Below are positions 8,006-17,297 of a DNA stretch of 32,000 bases, piece after piece. Origin of the DNA: Candidatus Saccharimonadota bacterium (GTDB lineage Bacteria; Patescibacteriota; Saccharimonadia; Saccharimonadales; UBA4665); the NCBI GenBank assembly GCA_963718045.1, contig OY970350.1, positions 720,001 through 752,000 of the forward strand, given 5' to 3'. The notes under the pieces were generated by a model, which was not told the DNA's origin, searched no databases, and was given only the letters and a program-made list of their open reading frames with translations. The translations under genes and the position numbers were made by a program. Position 1 is the first letter of the stretch. Each line of letters starts with the position of its first letter.

Positions 8006-9784
8006 CTAATCTTTCTGGAGCATAACTGAAAAGGCTTCAGCCGGGATGTCTACTTTACCAAATCGTTTCATTCTGCTCTTACCTTTCTTTTGTTTAGCCA
8101 GCACTTTCTTCTTTCTGGTTACATCGCCGCCGTACAGTCCGACTGTCACATCTTTCCGGTAGGCACTTATGTCTTCGCGGGCAATAATGCGGGCGCCAAT
8201 AGCCGCCTGAATAGCTACTTTGAAGTTTTGTCTGGGGATTATGTCTTTTAGTTTTTTGACAGTCGTTTTAGCTTGTGATTCAGCCTCGTGGCGATGAACT
8301 ATCTGAGATAAAGAGTCCACCTTATTACCTGCAATCAGGTAATCTAATTTAACCAGGTCTTCTGCCCTATAGCCGTCAAGGTCATAGCTGTACGTTGCGA
8401 AACCGCTGGTTATACTTTTTAACAAATCATAGAAATCCGTCAGCAGATTGGCAAGCGGCGCTTCAAAGCCAATTAGGGCCCTGGTATCAATATAGCTAAT
8501 GCTGGTCTTTCTGCCGCGTTTAGATACAATCAGGTTAATAACACTGCCGATGAAGTCACTAGGGGTAATGACTTCACCTTTTATCCAAGGCTCTTTTATT
8601 TCACTAATAAGTGAAGCGTCAGGCATTTCTGAGGCGCTTTTTATGTCAATTACAGTGCCGTTTGTCAGCTTCACGATGTAATCAGTTGATGGGCTGCTAA
8701 TAACCAGCTCCTGGTTATATTCCCTTTCTAACCTCTCTCTGACTATGTCCATATGTAAAAGGCCTAAGAAACCGATTCTCAGACCGAAGCCTAAGACTGG
8801 TGAATTTTCATAGCTAAACTGCAGACTTGAATCACTGAGTGACAGTTTTTCTATGGCTTCTTTAAGCTCCTCATAATGTTCGTTAGAGGTTGGGAAGAAA
8901 CCAGCATAAACAAATGGTTTTACTTCTAGGTATCCAGGCAGCGGTTCAGCCGCTGGGTTACTAGCTAGTGTTACCGTGTCGCCGACTTTAGCATCGTGGG
9001 TAGATTTTAGATTAGTAACAATATAACCTATTTCACCGCTCGTTAGTTTATCCGTCGGTGTATTGTCTGGTCTTAAGATACCAACTTCAAGTGCTTGTCC
9101 TTTAACTTTTGTAGCCATCATCTCGATCTGGTCATTCTTATTTATGTGGCCATCAAATATGCGGATATACAGAATAACGCCGCGGTAATCGTCATAGTAT
9201 GAATCAAAGATTAAGCCCCGGGTTTTGTTAGCTGATGTATTTTTAGGAGGCGGCACTCTTTTAATTATTTCTTCAAGCAGGCTAGGAACTCCCTGGCCGC
9301 TTTTAGCCGAGATTAAACAGATGTCTTCTTTAGCCCCGCCAAGCAAAGATAATATTTCTTGGGTTGTTTTAGGTATGTCTGCCGCTGGCAGGTCTATCTT
9401 ATTAATAACCGGGATAATAACCAGGCCGGCGTTTATTGCCAGATAGACATTGGCAAGTGTTTGAGCCTGTATCCCCTGAGTTGCATCAACCACTAAGACT
9501 GCTCCCTCACAGGCATTAAGACTCCTAGAAACTTCATAGCTAAAATCAACATGTCCCGGAGTATCAATAAGGTTCAGCTCATGCCCGTTATATTCCATTC
9601 GGACTGGTGCCAGTTTAATGGTAATTCCTTTTTCCCGTTCCAGATCCATCTTATCTAGAAGCTGGTCTTTCATGTTTCTTTTGTCGACAGTACCAGTTAT
9701 TTCCATTAAACGGTCGGCCAGAGTCGACTTGCCGTGATCAATATGGGCAATTATTGAAAAGTTACGAATTAAGTTAGTGTCCAT
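8006..9784 (-). CDS. lepA: elongation factor 4 (LepA)
   Basis: 592 aa with IRNFSIIAHIDHGKSTLADRL, DTPGHVDF and NKIDL. The LepA-type C-terminal domain ends in a basic tail. Confidence 0.97.
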   Translation of the reverse strand: MDTNLIRNFSIIAHIDHGKSTLADRLMEITGTVDKRNMKDQLLDKMDLEREKGITIKLAPVRMEYNGHELNLIDTPGHVDFSYEVSRSLNACEGAVLVVDATQGIQAQTLANVYLAINAGLVIIPVINKIDLPAADIPKTTQEILSLLGGAKEDICLISAKSGQGVPSLLEEIIKRVPPPKNTSANKTRGLIFDSYYDDYRGVILYIRIFDGHINKNDQIEMMATKVKGQALEVGILRPDNTPTDKLTSGEIGYIVTNLKSTHDAKVGDTVTLASNPAAEPLPGYLEVKPFVYAGFFPTSNEHYEELKEAIEKLSLSDSSLQFSYENSPVLGFGLRIGFLGLLHMDIVRERLEREYNQELVISSPSTDYIVKLTNGTVIDIKSASEMPDASLISEIKEPWIKGEVITPSDFIGSVINLIVSKRGRKTSISYIDTRALIGFEAPLANLLTDFYDLLKSITSGFATYSYDLDGYRAEDLVKLDYLIAGNKVDSLSQIVHRHEAESQAKTTVKKLKDIIPRQNFKVAIQAAIGARIIAREDISAYRKDVTVGLYGGDVTRKKKVLAKQKKGKSRMKRFGKVDIPAEAFSVMLQKD

Positions 9785-9800
9785 AGGGAGAAGTATTATC

Positions 9801-11399
9801 TCATACTTGCCATTTAACAGGTCGTAGTATTAACCGTTTTAGACGGCTAAGGACCGGTTTAACTTCGTCAAGATCAAACAATGAAGATACGCCGATATGA
9901 ACAGCAAGTGTGACTAAGGCAATTAAAGCTACCTTGCTGCCTAGCTCAAAGAAGCCTTTGTTTTTAATTTCAAGCGGATAAATGGAGATCATAATAAAGC
10001 CGGCTACAACGGTAAAGCCGGTAACTGAAGCTATCCGGACAAGGCCTCTTATAAACTCGAGGTCAAACAATTTTTTGTCTCTTTTAACCATGATGACAGT
10101 CAGTATAGCTACTTCAGTGGCCGCTACAATGGACTGAGCTAAAGCCAGTCCGACTACTCCGTAAAGTGACCGCCTAGATAGTGTGTAAGCCAAAATTATG
10201 TTAAGACCAACGGTAAAGACCGATACAAAGAGAGGCGTCTTAGTGTCTTTATGGGAATAGAACCAGCGGGAAATAATGGAATACATAATGCCGAAGAATA
10301 TAGCGCCAATCATGAAGCCAAAGATTAAAGCAATTTGGGAGTTGCCTCTTGTATAGATAAGACGGGCTAAATATCCCCGGCAGTAAAAGCCAATAACAAC
10401 GACCGGTGCCGCCAGCCAAACCATTATTCTAATTATTTTAAGAAAGTCTTTACGGAACAGATCAGGTCTCCCCTGGGCCAGACGGTGGTTTAGTCTCGGA
10501 AAGACAGCCGTAGATATGGCTGTACCCAGCAGCATAATTGGTGCCGTACTTAATACATAGGCGTTGTTGAAGTTTGTAATTGAACCTGAACCCAGACCAC
10601 TAGCCAGGTGTGTTTCAATAATATCTTCCACCTGGTCCATTCCCTGGTCTAATGATCTTGGCGGCAAGTTCCGAAGAACAGTATGGAAGTCTTTGCTGTG
10701 CCACATAATCTTGGGGCTCCAATGGAAGTTAGAGTTCAGGGCACCAACACCAATTATTAGCAGCTGAAGAACTGCGCCAATTAAGGCACCGAGGCCCAAG
10801 CCGATTAAACCGATATTATTTTTAAAGACAAATATGGAGATAATAATAGACAGGTTGTATGAAAGAGGAGCTATAGCATAAAAGAAGAAGCGGCCGAAGG
10901 TTTGCTGGACTGAAGATAAAATACCGGAGACAGTAAATATGAAAGGGTTAAAGGCCAGCAGACGCATTATGGCGGCAGCAGTATTAGTTTCAACTGGAGA
11001 CAAACCTGGAGCTACAACATGGTGAATCAGCCATTTAGCAAAAACTAGGATAATTATAGCTACAATGAACATAACTACAGCCAGCAGGTTAAGCAGCGAG
11101 TTAGATAAATCCCATACTTCTTTAACGCCATCCTTAGCATACCTGTCGGCTAGAACCGGTATTAAAGCTACACCTAGGGCACCGGCAGATAGAGTGAAGT
11201 AAAAGAAATCTGGGACGTTAAAGGCAGCAAAGTAGGCATCCGTACTATGTGCTCCAACTAATGGGAAGTTAGCGTTTACTAGTTTAGTTCTTAAAAAGCC
11301 AAGTACCTGGGTAGCAAGCGTTGAGGCCATAAGAAGAGCAGCAACATTAGTAATGCTGACCCGGTGTAAAGTATGGCCGGTTTCTTTTGGACTATTCAT
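9801..11399 (-). CDS. murJ: lipid II flippase MurJ/MviN family
   Basis: 532 aa, roughly 14 hydrophobic helices. The N-terminal region (ATQVLGFLRTKLVNANF) and overall layout are typical of MviN/MurJ. Confidence 0.85.
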   Translation of the reverse strand: MNSPKETGHTLHRVSITNVAALLMASTLATQVLGFLRTKLVNANFPLVGAHSTDAYFAAFNVPDFFYFTLSAGALGVALIPVLADRYAKDGVKEVWDLSNSLLNLLAVVMFIVAIIILVFAKWLIHHVVAPGLSPVETNTAAAIMRLLAFNPFIFTVSGILSSVQQTFGRFFFYAIAPLSYNLSIIISIFVFKNNIGLIGLGLGALIGAVLQLLIIGVGALNSNFHWSPKIMWHSKDFHTVLRNLPPRSLDQGMDQVEDIIETHLASGLGSGSITNFNNAYVLSTAPIMLLGTAISTAVFPRLNHRLAQGRPDLFRKDFLKIIRIMVWLAAPVVVIGFYCRGYLARLIYTRGNSQIALIFGFMIGAIFFGIMYSIISRWFYSHKDTKTPLFVSVFTVGLNIILAYTLSRRSLYGVVGLALAQSIVAATEVAILTVIMVKRDKKLFDLEFIRGLVRIASVTGFTVVAGFIMISIYPLEIKNKGFFELGSKVALIALVTLAVHIGVSSLFDLDEVKPVLSRLKRLILRPVKWQV

Positions 11400-11459
11400 A
11401 AACTACTGAACAGTATAAAAGTTTAAGGGTATCTTTGGTAGATGATTTTTAATGTCTTT

Positions 11460-13328
11460 TTAGTAAAGAGTGGCGGCACTAGGCATTTTGGCGCCTTTTA
11501 GAATTTCGTCGACCTCAGCCGCATCAACCGTCTCTTTTTCCAGTAACCGGTCTTTAAGTTTTTCCAGGAAAGACAAATTAGCCTTAATTACTATACGGGC
11601 TCTATTACCTGCCTCGGTAATTAAGTTCTCGACTTCATCATCAATAACTTTAGCTGTTTCATCTGAGTAGTCCCGTTCATGGACCAATCGGTCCAGCATC
11701 ATGCCGTCATCCAGTTTAAATACTTGGTCGCGCAGTTTCTTACCCATACCCTGGTTGACAACCATATCCCGGGCAAGTTCGGCAGCACTTTGTAGGTCAT
11801 TACTAGCGCCAGTTGTTATCTTATCCCGGCCTAAGATTACTTCTTCAGCCACACGGCCGCCCATACCGCGGGCAAGCATGTCTTTAAACTGGACTAGAGA
11901 AACAAACATTCTGTCTTCCGGCGGAATAAACCAAGTCACGCCACCAGTACCGCCTCTAGGAATAATGGTTACCTTGTGGACTGGGTCGCTGTCCGGCAGT
12001 ACATGACCGACTAAAGCATGTCCAGCTTCATGATAGGCAGTGGTCATCTTGTCTAATTCGGTCATTACTTTGCTCTTTCTTTCCGGTCCAATAGCGACAC
12101 GTTCAAAGGCCTCAGTAACGTCTGTTTGTAAAATTTGCGAATGCCCGTTTCTGGCAGCAATAATGGCTGATTCGTTAGCAATGTTAGCTAGATCAGCACC
12201 AGATGAGCCGGCCGTTTTGGCAGCCAGAGCGTCAAGATCGACATCTTTGTTTAGTGGCTTTTTAGCAAAATGAACTTTAAGAATTGCTTCACGGTCTTTA
12301 CGGTCTGGCAGACCTATATTTACCCGGCGGTCGAATCGGCCTGGTCTTAAGAGGGCCGGGTCAAGAACGTCGGCTCGGTTAGTAGCCGCCAGAACAATAA
12401 CATTTTGGCCTTGCTCAAAACCGTCCATCTCGACCAGTATTTGATTTAAGGTCTGCTCTCTTTCATCATGGCCGCCGCCCATACCGCTGCCGCGTCTTCG
12501 GCCAACGGCATCAATCTCATCAATAAAGATTATGCAGGGAGCATTCTTCTTAGCTTTGGCAAAAAGATCTCTAACACGGCTGGCACCGACACCAACAAAC
12601 ATTTCCACAAATTCTGATCCGGAAATACTAAAGAATGGCACGTTAGCTTCACCGGCTACAGCTCTAGCTAACATTGTTTTACCCGTACCGGGCGGACCAA
12701 TTAAAAGGACGCCTTTGGGAATGCGGGCACCGACACTGGCAAACTTTTTGGGATACTTCAAGAATTCAACGACTTCTTGAAGGTCTTGTTTTGCTTCGTC
12801 TGAACCGGCAACATCTGTAAAGTTAATCTTGTCTTTCTCGTTGCCGTATAGACGGGCCCTGCTTTTGCCAAAACTTAAAGCCTGGTTGCCTTGGCCCTGG
12901 GCACTTTTCATCATAATGTACAGAATTACGCCAATAGCAACTACGGGGCCAACAGTTTCCAGAATGCCTAGCCAAGTTGAAGAGCTACTGCTTTCAGCAT
13001 TGGCAGAAATAGTAACTTTTGAATAATTAAGACCTTCAGTCTTTAAGTTAGCATTAGGTTCTTCATAAGTTTTAAGGGTTGCTTTTGATTTCCCCTTGGG
13101 AGTTATCTGTATTTCATTACCGCTAATTTGAAACTTATTATAGTCACCGGCATTGGCATTTTTAATGGCTGTCGTAATTGGGATTGTCTTTAATGTGCTT
13201 GGCTGATTAAAGGCGGAATAAACAACTAAAAGCAGTAAAACTATTAAGGCTATAAAGCCGGCATTTCTCATCCCATAACGACTGTTAGGGTTCTTCTGTT
13301 TATTCGGTTGCAAGCTGTTCCTATCCAT
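11460..13328 (-). CDS. ftsH: ATP-dependent zinc metalloprotease FtsH
   Basis: 622 aa. N-terminal TM pair, Walker [12 protein letters not shown] region [20 protein letters not shown] and zinc motif HEAGHAL. Confidence 0.97.
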   Translation of the reverse strand: MDRNSLQPNKQKNPNSRYGMRNAGFIALIVLLLLVVYSAFNQPSTLKTIPITTAIKNANAGDYNKFQISGNEIQITPKGKSKATLKTYEEPNANLKTEGLNYSKVTISANAESSSSSTWLGILETVGPVVAIGVILYIMMKSAQGQGNQALSFGKSRARLYGNEKDKINFTDVAGSDEAKQDLQEVVEFLKYPKKFASVGARIPKGVLLIGPPGTGKTMLARAVAGEANVPFFSISGSEFVEMFVGVGASRVRDLFAKAKKNAPCIIFIDEIDAVGRRRGSGMGGGHDEREQTLNQILVEMDGFEQGQNVIVLAATNRADVLDPALLRPGRFDRRVNIGLPDRKDREAILKVHFAKKPLNKDVDLDALAAKTAGSSGADLANIANESAIIAARNGHSQILQTDVTEAFERVAIGPERKSKVMTELDKMTTAYHEAGHALVGHVLPDSDPVHKVTIIPRGGTGGVTWFIPPEDRMFVSLVQFKDMLARGMGGRVAEEVILGRDKITTGASNDLQSAAELARDMVVNQGMGKKLRDQVFKLDDGMMLDRLVHERDYSDETAKVIDDEVENLITEAGNRARIVIKANLSFLEKLKDRLLEKETVDAAEVDEILKGAKMPSAATLY

Positions 13329-13363
13329 AACGGAATTATTATACCGCCTTATATATTTTTTAC

Positions 13364-14257
13364 CTAGCGCTCTAGATGCTCGAGTGCCAAATTGTCTTTT
13401 GAAGAAGTTATTACCCAGGAATTATAGACATCCACTTTATGTTTTGGACCAATAGTTTTAAGCTGCACGTTAAGTCTTTCAATGGTCATACGGTCAAACT
13501 CGCTTAAGCCATTTTGCCGCAGCCAACTAGCTAGAAGTTCTTTGCCTAGTGAATAATCTAGGCTGTTTAAAAATAGTCTGGGCAGCTGGTTGTGACTTAA
13601 ATTAGCTTTTAAAATTTCAGCTAAATCCTTATCGATTTGCTCATTTAAGGCTTGCTGTTTGTTAATAATATCTAGCAGTCTAGTCCGGCTTTTATTATCT
13701 AATTTAGGAACAATTTGGCGGCGGATATAATTCCTTAAATACTTGACGTCTTGGTTGGTGGGATCTTCATGCCAAGTTAAATTATGTTTTAAAGCATAGT
13801 TTGTAATATCCTTTTTAGAATAAACGAGAAGTGGCCGAAGAATTGTTTTGTTTGAAGAAAGTGAGCTTAAACCTTTCCTGCCCGTCCCGCGGATAATATT
13901 AATGATGGCTGTTTCAATTTGGTCATCCTGGTGGTGAGCAGTTATTAAACCGTCTGCTTTTTCTTTTTTAACTACTTCGTTTAAAAAGGCATACCGGGCA
14001 TTTCTGGCTTCTTCTTCACTAGCCTTTTGACCTAAATGGCCTTCGCCGTAGTAGAACTTAAAACCATAGTTTTTGGCTAATTGTTCGACAAACAACCGAT
14101 CTTTTTTAGAATCGTTTCTAATACCGTGGTCGAAGTGGGCAACAACCAACTCTAAATTGTCTTTTGGCAGATCAGTTAACAAACTTAGCAGAACGACAGA
14201 ATCAACCCCGCCGCTAACTGCAACAACGTATTTACCTTTTATCTTCTCAAGCCTCAT
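13364..14257 (-). CDS. tilS: tRNA(Ile)-lysidine synthase TilS
   Basis: 297 aa. PP-loop VAVSGGVDSVVL, AHHQDDQIET motif, and the conserved tilS-ftsH adjacency. Confidence 0.9.
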   Translation of the reverse strand: MRLEKIKGKYVVAVSGGVDSVVLLSLLTDLPKDNLELVVAHFDHGIRNDSKKDRLFVEQLAKNYGFKFYYGEGHLGQKASEEEARNARYAFLNEVVKKEKADGLITAHHQDDQIETAIINIIRGTGRKGLSSLSSNKTILRPLLVYSKKDITNYALKHNLTWHEDPTNQDVKYLRNYIRRQIVPKLDNKSRTRLLDIINKQQALNEQIDKDLAEILKANLSHNQLPRLFLNSLDYSLGKELLASWLRQNGLSEFDRMTIERLNVQLKTIGPKHKVDVYNSWVITSSKDNLALEHLER

Positions 14258-14324
14258 AATATAAGTGTACTAGAACTGTTACGGTTTTGGATTAATCTAT
14301 TACTTTAATATAATCATGTTGCAA

Positions 14325-14401
14325 GGCGGCGTAGCTCAGCTGGTTAGAGCACAGGACTCATAAGCCTGGGGTCAGTGGTTCAAGTCCACTCGCCGCTACC
14401 A
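14325..14401 (+). tRNA. tRNA with CAT anticodon, elongator tRNA-Met-like
   Basis: My fold gives a cloverleaf: acceptor GGCGGCG/CGCCGCT, D arm GCTC/GAGC, loop CT-CAT-AA, variable GGGTC, T arm AGTGG-TTCAAGT-CCACT, encoded CCA. It resembles E. coli elongator tRNA-Met as I recall it and lacks initiator features. It has a G1-U72 wobble and an A31/G39 mismatch. Confidence 0.85.
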
Positions 14402-14420
14402 TGACGGTTGGTTATTTGTA

Positions 14421-14449
14421 TTGACATTAATTAACACTGGATATACAAT
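14421..14449 (+). promoter_or_regulatory. near-consensus sigma70 promoter of the TA operon
   Basis: TTGACA (14421-14426), 17-nt spacer, TACAAT (14444-14449). The spacer starts with the palindrome TTAATTAA. The ATG at 14459 is about 10 nt after the -10 with no SD, so near-leaderless. Confidence 0.55.
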
Positions 14450-14458
14450 GTAATTACT

Positions 14459-14695
14459 ATGAATACTACCATTATTAGCATAGGTAATTCACGAGGTGTG
14501 CGTATCCCAAAGCCTCTCTTAGAGGAAAGTGAGTTGGATAATAACGTTGTTATTACGGCTAAAAGAGGCGAGATACGTATAACTGCTGCTAAAAAACCGA
14601 GGGTTATTTCTGAAACTATGCTGTTATCTGAAGAGGCATTAGCAAAAGATTGGTTAAGGCCTGAGGAAGATAAAGCATGGGCACATTTACAGTAG
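14459..14695 (+). CDS. mazE: AbrB/SpoVT-domain antitoxin (MazE family)
   Basis: 78 aa. TIISIGNSRGVRIPKPLLEES is the typical swapped-hairpin AbrB/MazE N-terminus. Overlaps the downstream toxin ORF by 19 nt. Confidence 0.8.
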   Translation: MNTTIISIGNSRGVRIPKPLLEESELDNNVVITAKRGEIRITAAKKPRVISETMLLSEEALAKDWLRPEEDKAWAHLQ

Positions 14696-15006
14696 GACGG
14701 GTTGTATCTAGTAGCTTCCCCTTCTCTGATTTATCAACATCCAAAAGACGTCCGGCAATTATTGTTGCGTTGGTCGATTTTGATAATTTAATCTTATGCC
14801 AAATTACATCAAAACCTTATTCTAGCACTCGAGCGATAGCTTTAAGTACAACGGATTTCGAGTCAGGTAGTTTGTCTCGAGATAGTTTTATTAGACCTGA
14901 TAAATTGTTTACAGCTGATGAAACCGTAGTTAATAACGTTCACGGGATACTTAAGGAAGAAAAAACTCAAGAGATTTTAGAGGCTTTGCGCGGTCTTTTC
15001 AGTTAG
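14677..15006 (+). CDS. mazF: PemK/MazF-family endoribonuclease toxin
   Basis: 109 aa. GRVVSSSFPFSDLSTSKRRPAIIVA...LILCQITSK...SFIRPDKLFTAD follows the MazF/PemK pattern. Translationally coupled to the antitoxin. Confidence 0.85.
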   Translation: MGTFTVGRVVSSSFPFSDLSTSKRRPAIIVALVDFDNLILCQITSKPYSSTRAIALSTTDFESGSLSRDSFIRPDKLFTADETVVNNVHGILKEEKTQEILEALRGLFS

Positions 15007-15191
15007 CATACTGTATGGGTTCAATAACTCACGCTTAGACTGCAACAGCAGTCTCTCCCCTAAGGTTTTAACTATATTCCATATCTCTATCAATTCATGT
15101 TTAACTTGGTTCCATTTCGTCCATGTCATGCCTACTAATACTTCTATGGTTAGCAGTTTACCCTGATTCAATATAAAATAATGAATAATCT

Positions 15192-15422
15192 ATGAAAGTA
15201 GTTTTATCTCGCGCTAACATTATTATGGCCATAGTTGTTATCGTTGCTTTAATAATAGGTTTTGCAGTTGGATTCCTCTATAAGGACAAGTGGTTAAATG
15301 ATTCTTCTAATAAGAGTCCCATCACAGGAAGTTATATGCTATGCAACTGTCCTAATGAGCCAGTAGGCGGTACGGTGACGGGTTACGGTCCTGGTCCGTG
15401 TCATTGTCCGACATATAAATAA
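15192..15422 (+). CDS. small single-TM protein with C-terminal CxC-x16-CxC motif
   Basis: 76 aa. N-terminal TM helix (IIMAIVVIVALIIGFAVGFL), then Cys51-x-Cys53 and Cys70-x-Cys72. No family recognised. Confidence 0.5.
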   Translation: MKVVLSRANIIMAIVVIVALIIGFAVGFLYKDKWLNDSSNKSPITGSYMLCNCPNEPVGGTVTGYGPGPCHCPTYK

Positions 15423-15449
15423 TAGGGTCTTAAGTTATAATCCATAAAA

Positions 15450-15989
15450 ATGAATGCTGTATTTAAAGAGTTTTTGGATGCTGGATACGAATATAATTTT
15501 GGCAATGGGCCTGACGTTATTAGAACAGAGTCTCAAGCAAAACAATTGGGGCTTAACTGTGTTACCCTTACGCATTTATTAATACCACGCCTTTTTGATA
15601 TTGAACTGCCTGGCAACATGAGGGGTTGGGAAATGTACTGCATTAATCCCTTTTTTGGCGATGTAGCTAGAGCAGAAGATATGGATCTGGGGGATGTTTT
15701 GTTTTTTGGCAGACCTACTCTACCTGAATATGCCTTGCAGTATTCTCCCGTATATGACGAGTACAAAGAGCTGACAAACGAAGAGATTGGCAACAATCTA
15801 ATTGGCCAAAAATATTCTGGAGTTCATTTAGCAATGAATACTGGAGAAGCAGATGATACAGAAAATCCTTTACTAATCCATGCCAGTAAGATGGAGGGGA
15901 CTGTAGTTATATGGTCGCTTGCCAAGTTCCTTGACTTAAAACAGTACTCAACAATCCATGCAATCAAGAGAACAATAAGGCAAGTTTAG
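15450..15989 (+). CDS. NlpC/P60-like papain-fold protein without signal peptide
   Basis: 179 aa. GLNC(37)VTL..IELPGN..LGDVLFFGRP..GVH(126)LAMNTG..LLIH(144)AS..GTVVIWSL aligns by eye to the MepS/Spr pattern GxDCSG..ELPR..GDLVFF..HVGIY..HAS. About 35 aa are inserted between the GDxxFF and His segments. Confidence 0.55.
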   Translation: MNAVFKEFLDAGYEYNFGNGPDVIRTESQAKQLGLNCVTLTHLLIPRLFDIELPGNMRGWEMYCINPFFGDVARAEDMDLGDVLFFGRPTLPEYALQYSPVYDEYKELTNEEIGNNLIGQKYSGVHLAMNTGEADDTENPLLIHASKMEGTVVIWSLAKFLDLKQYSTIHAIKRTIRQV

Positions 15990-16060
15990 ATTGTAATAGT
16001 AGTTTCTCCCTAATCTGTTAGGCTTATTTATCTATCCGTATATTGATATACTTTTTGCGT

Positions 16061-16606
16061 ATGAAAAGGCTGTATTTCGTAAGACATGGCGAGACTGAGA
16101 TGAATGTCGGCGGGTATTATTCAGGACGAATCGAAACACCGTTAACATCTACGGGGGTTTCGCAAGCCAAAGCAACAGGTAAAAATCTCAAGCAAAAAAA
16201 CTTAAGAATCGACTTAATTGTCAGCTCGCCACTTTCTAGAGCACACCACACAGCAGAGCTAATTGCAAAAGAGCTAGGTTATCCAAAAGATAAAATCCAG
16301 TTTAACAAACTGTTTGTTGAAAGGTCATTTGGAGACATGGAGGGGGTATCTTGGGCAAAATTCATGGAGAAAGATATGGATAATGTAAAAAACGTTGAAA
16401 CTGTTGCCGAACTTCATAATAGAGCAATGAATGCTCTTAAGTATCTAAATTCATTAAAAGAAGACAATGTACTTGTAGTCAGTCATGGAAGTTTCGGTAG
16501 AGCTTTATATCGAGTAGTAAATAAACTGCCACACCACCTGGAACATGACGATAAACACAGAAATAGTTTTAGAATTGGCAATGCTGAGATAGTCGAACTT
16601 ATATAG
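16061..16606 (+). CDS. histidine phosphatase superfamily (phosphoglycerate-mutase-like) protein
   Basis: LYFVRHGETEMN (RHG catalytic motif), SSPLSRAHHTAE, ERSFGDMEG and VVSHGSFGRAL. I prefer the ATG at 16061 over the TTG at 16043 given in the track. Confidence 0.85.
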   Translation: MKRLYFVRHGETEMNVGGYYSGRIETPLTSTGVSQAKATGKNLKQKNLRIDLIVSSPLSRAHHTAELIAKELGYPKDKIQFNKLFVERSFGDMEGVSWAKFMEKDMDNVKNVETVAELHNRAMNALKYLNSLKEDNVLVVSHGSFGRALYRVVNKLPHHLEHDDKHRNSFRIGNAEIVELI

Positions 16607-16872
16607 TCCTAATTAATGCATGGCCCGTATGCTACGAATAATTTATGCCTCAATTACTTTCCGGACAACTCAATACTTGAGCTGCTTGGTCTTCCTCTTA
16701 AAGCTTAGTGAGTATCTTGTCTATGTCTCGTATGCCTTGGTCAGTACTAGTTACTAACTCAAAACCTATTTGTGATTGGGTTTTCATATCTTTCCCTTTT
16801 TTTGTTTTTTGTTGATTAGATTTAATCTAATTAGCAATCATAGGGCTTATGATTAGCTTTGGCAAGAGTTTT

Positions 16873-17187
16873 TTAAAGATTTTTGGAAGATTTTTTAGAA
16901 GAGATAAAAATATAGACGGATACAAAGATAGCAACGAGTACTAAAATGGCTATCGGAATGAAGGCAGAGACGTTATATTGGGCAGTAGTTTTGCTTTCTG
17001 GCAAGTTTAGGGATGATGTTTTAAGTGAAGTAGTCGAGCTTAGTGGTATAGGTGAACCGGAAGACTGGGTATTTATTGAGCTTAAACCGGTAGAGCTTTG
17101 AGGGTTTTGTTGGTTACCTGTTGAAAGTGAATTAGAGCCCGTACTTTGAGGGTTGCTTGTAGTTATACCGATGTTATTATCCATCAC
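16873..17187 (-). CDS. Ser/Thr/Gln-rich low-complexity protein with C-terminal TM anchor
   Basis: 104 aa. About 75 aa of S/T/Q/N-rich sequence, then the hydrophobic helix FIPIAILVLVAIFVSVYIFI and a basic tail. Confidence 0.5.
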   Translation of the reverse strand: MMDNNIGITTSNPQSTGSNSLSTGNQQNPQSSTGLSSINTQSSGSPIPLSSTTSLKTSSLNLPESKTTAQYNVSAFIPIAILVLVAIFVSVYIFISSKKSSKNL

Positions 17188-17261
17188 TCTATTGTAGGCT
17201 ATAGGTTAAGTATTTTATATATAAAGCAGTCTCTTATATGAAAATGATGCATGCTATAAAC

Positions 17262-17285
17262 AAAAACTCTGCATTAATAACAGAG
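17262..17285 (-). terminator. possible intrinsic terminator after initiator tRNA
   Basis: On the minus strand: CTCTG-ttattaatg-CAGAG followed by TTTTTGTTT, starting 12 nt after the tRNA 3' end. The stem is only 5 bp. Confidence 0.35.
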
Positions 17286-17297
17286 GTGAAAGTCTTA

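Noticed and set aside
15037-15054. Hairpin AGACTGC-aaca-GCAGTCT about 30 nt after the mazF-like stop, as a possible terminator
   Set aside because: No U-tract follows (ctcccctaagg), so I cannot support it as an intrinsic terminator.
14977-15171. 64-aa minus-strand ORF. Its C-terminal part (WNQVKHELIEIWNIVKTLGERLL) faintly resembles the RxxxxH region of HEPN/DUF86 toxins, so it could be a relic of a second TA module.
   Set aside because: It has a TTG start, overlaps the mazF-like 3' end by 30 nt, contains a 7-bp hairpin (15037-15054), and the motif Arg is not conserved. This is too weak to call even as a pseudogene.
16698-16787. 29-aa minus-strand micro-ORF (MKTQSQIGFELVTSTDQGIRDIDKILTKL) with a GGGAAAG SD-like element in the 267-bp spacer
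   Set aside because: It is short, has no hydrophobic or otherwise recognisable character, and I have no conservation data. It could be chance in AT-rich DNA.
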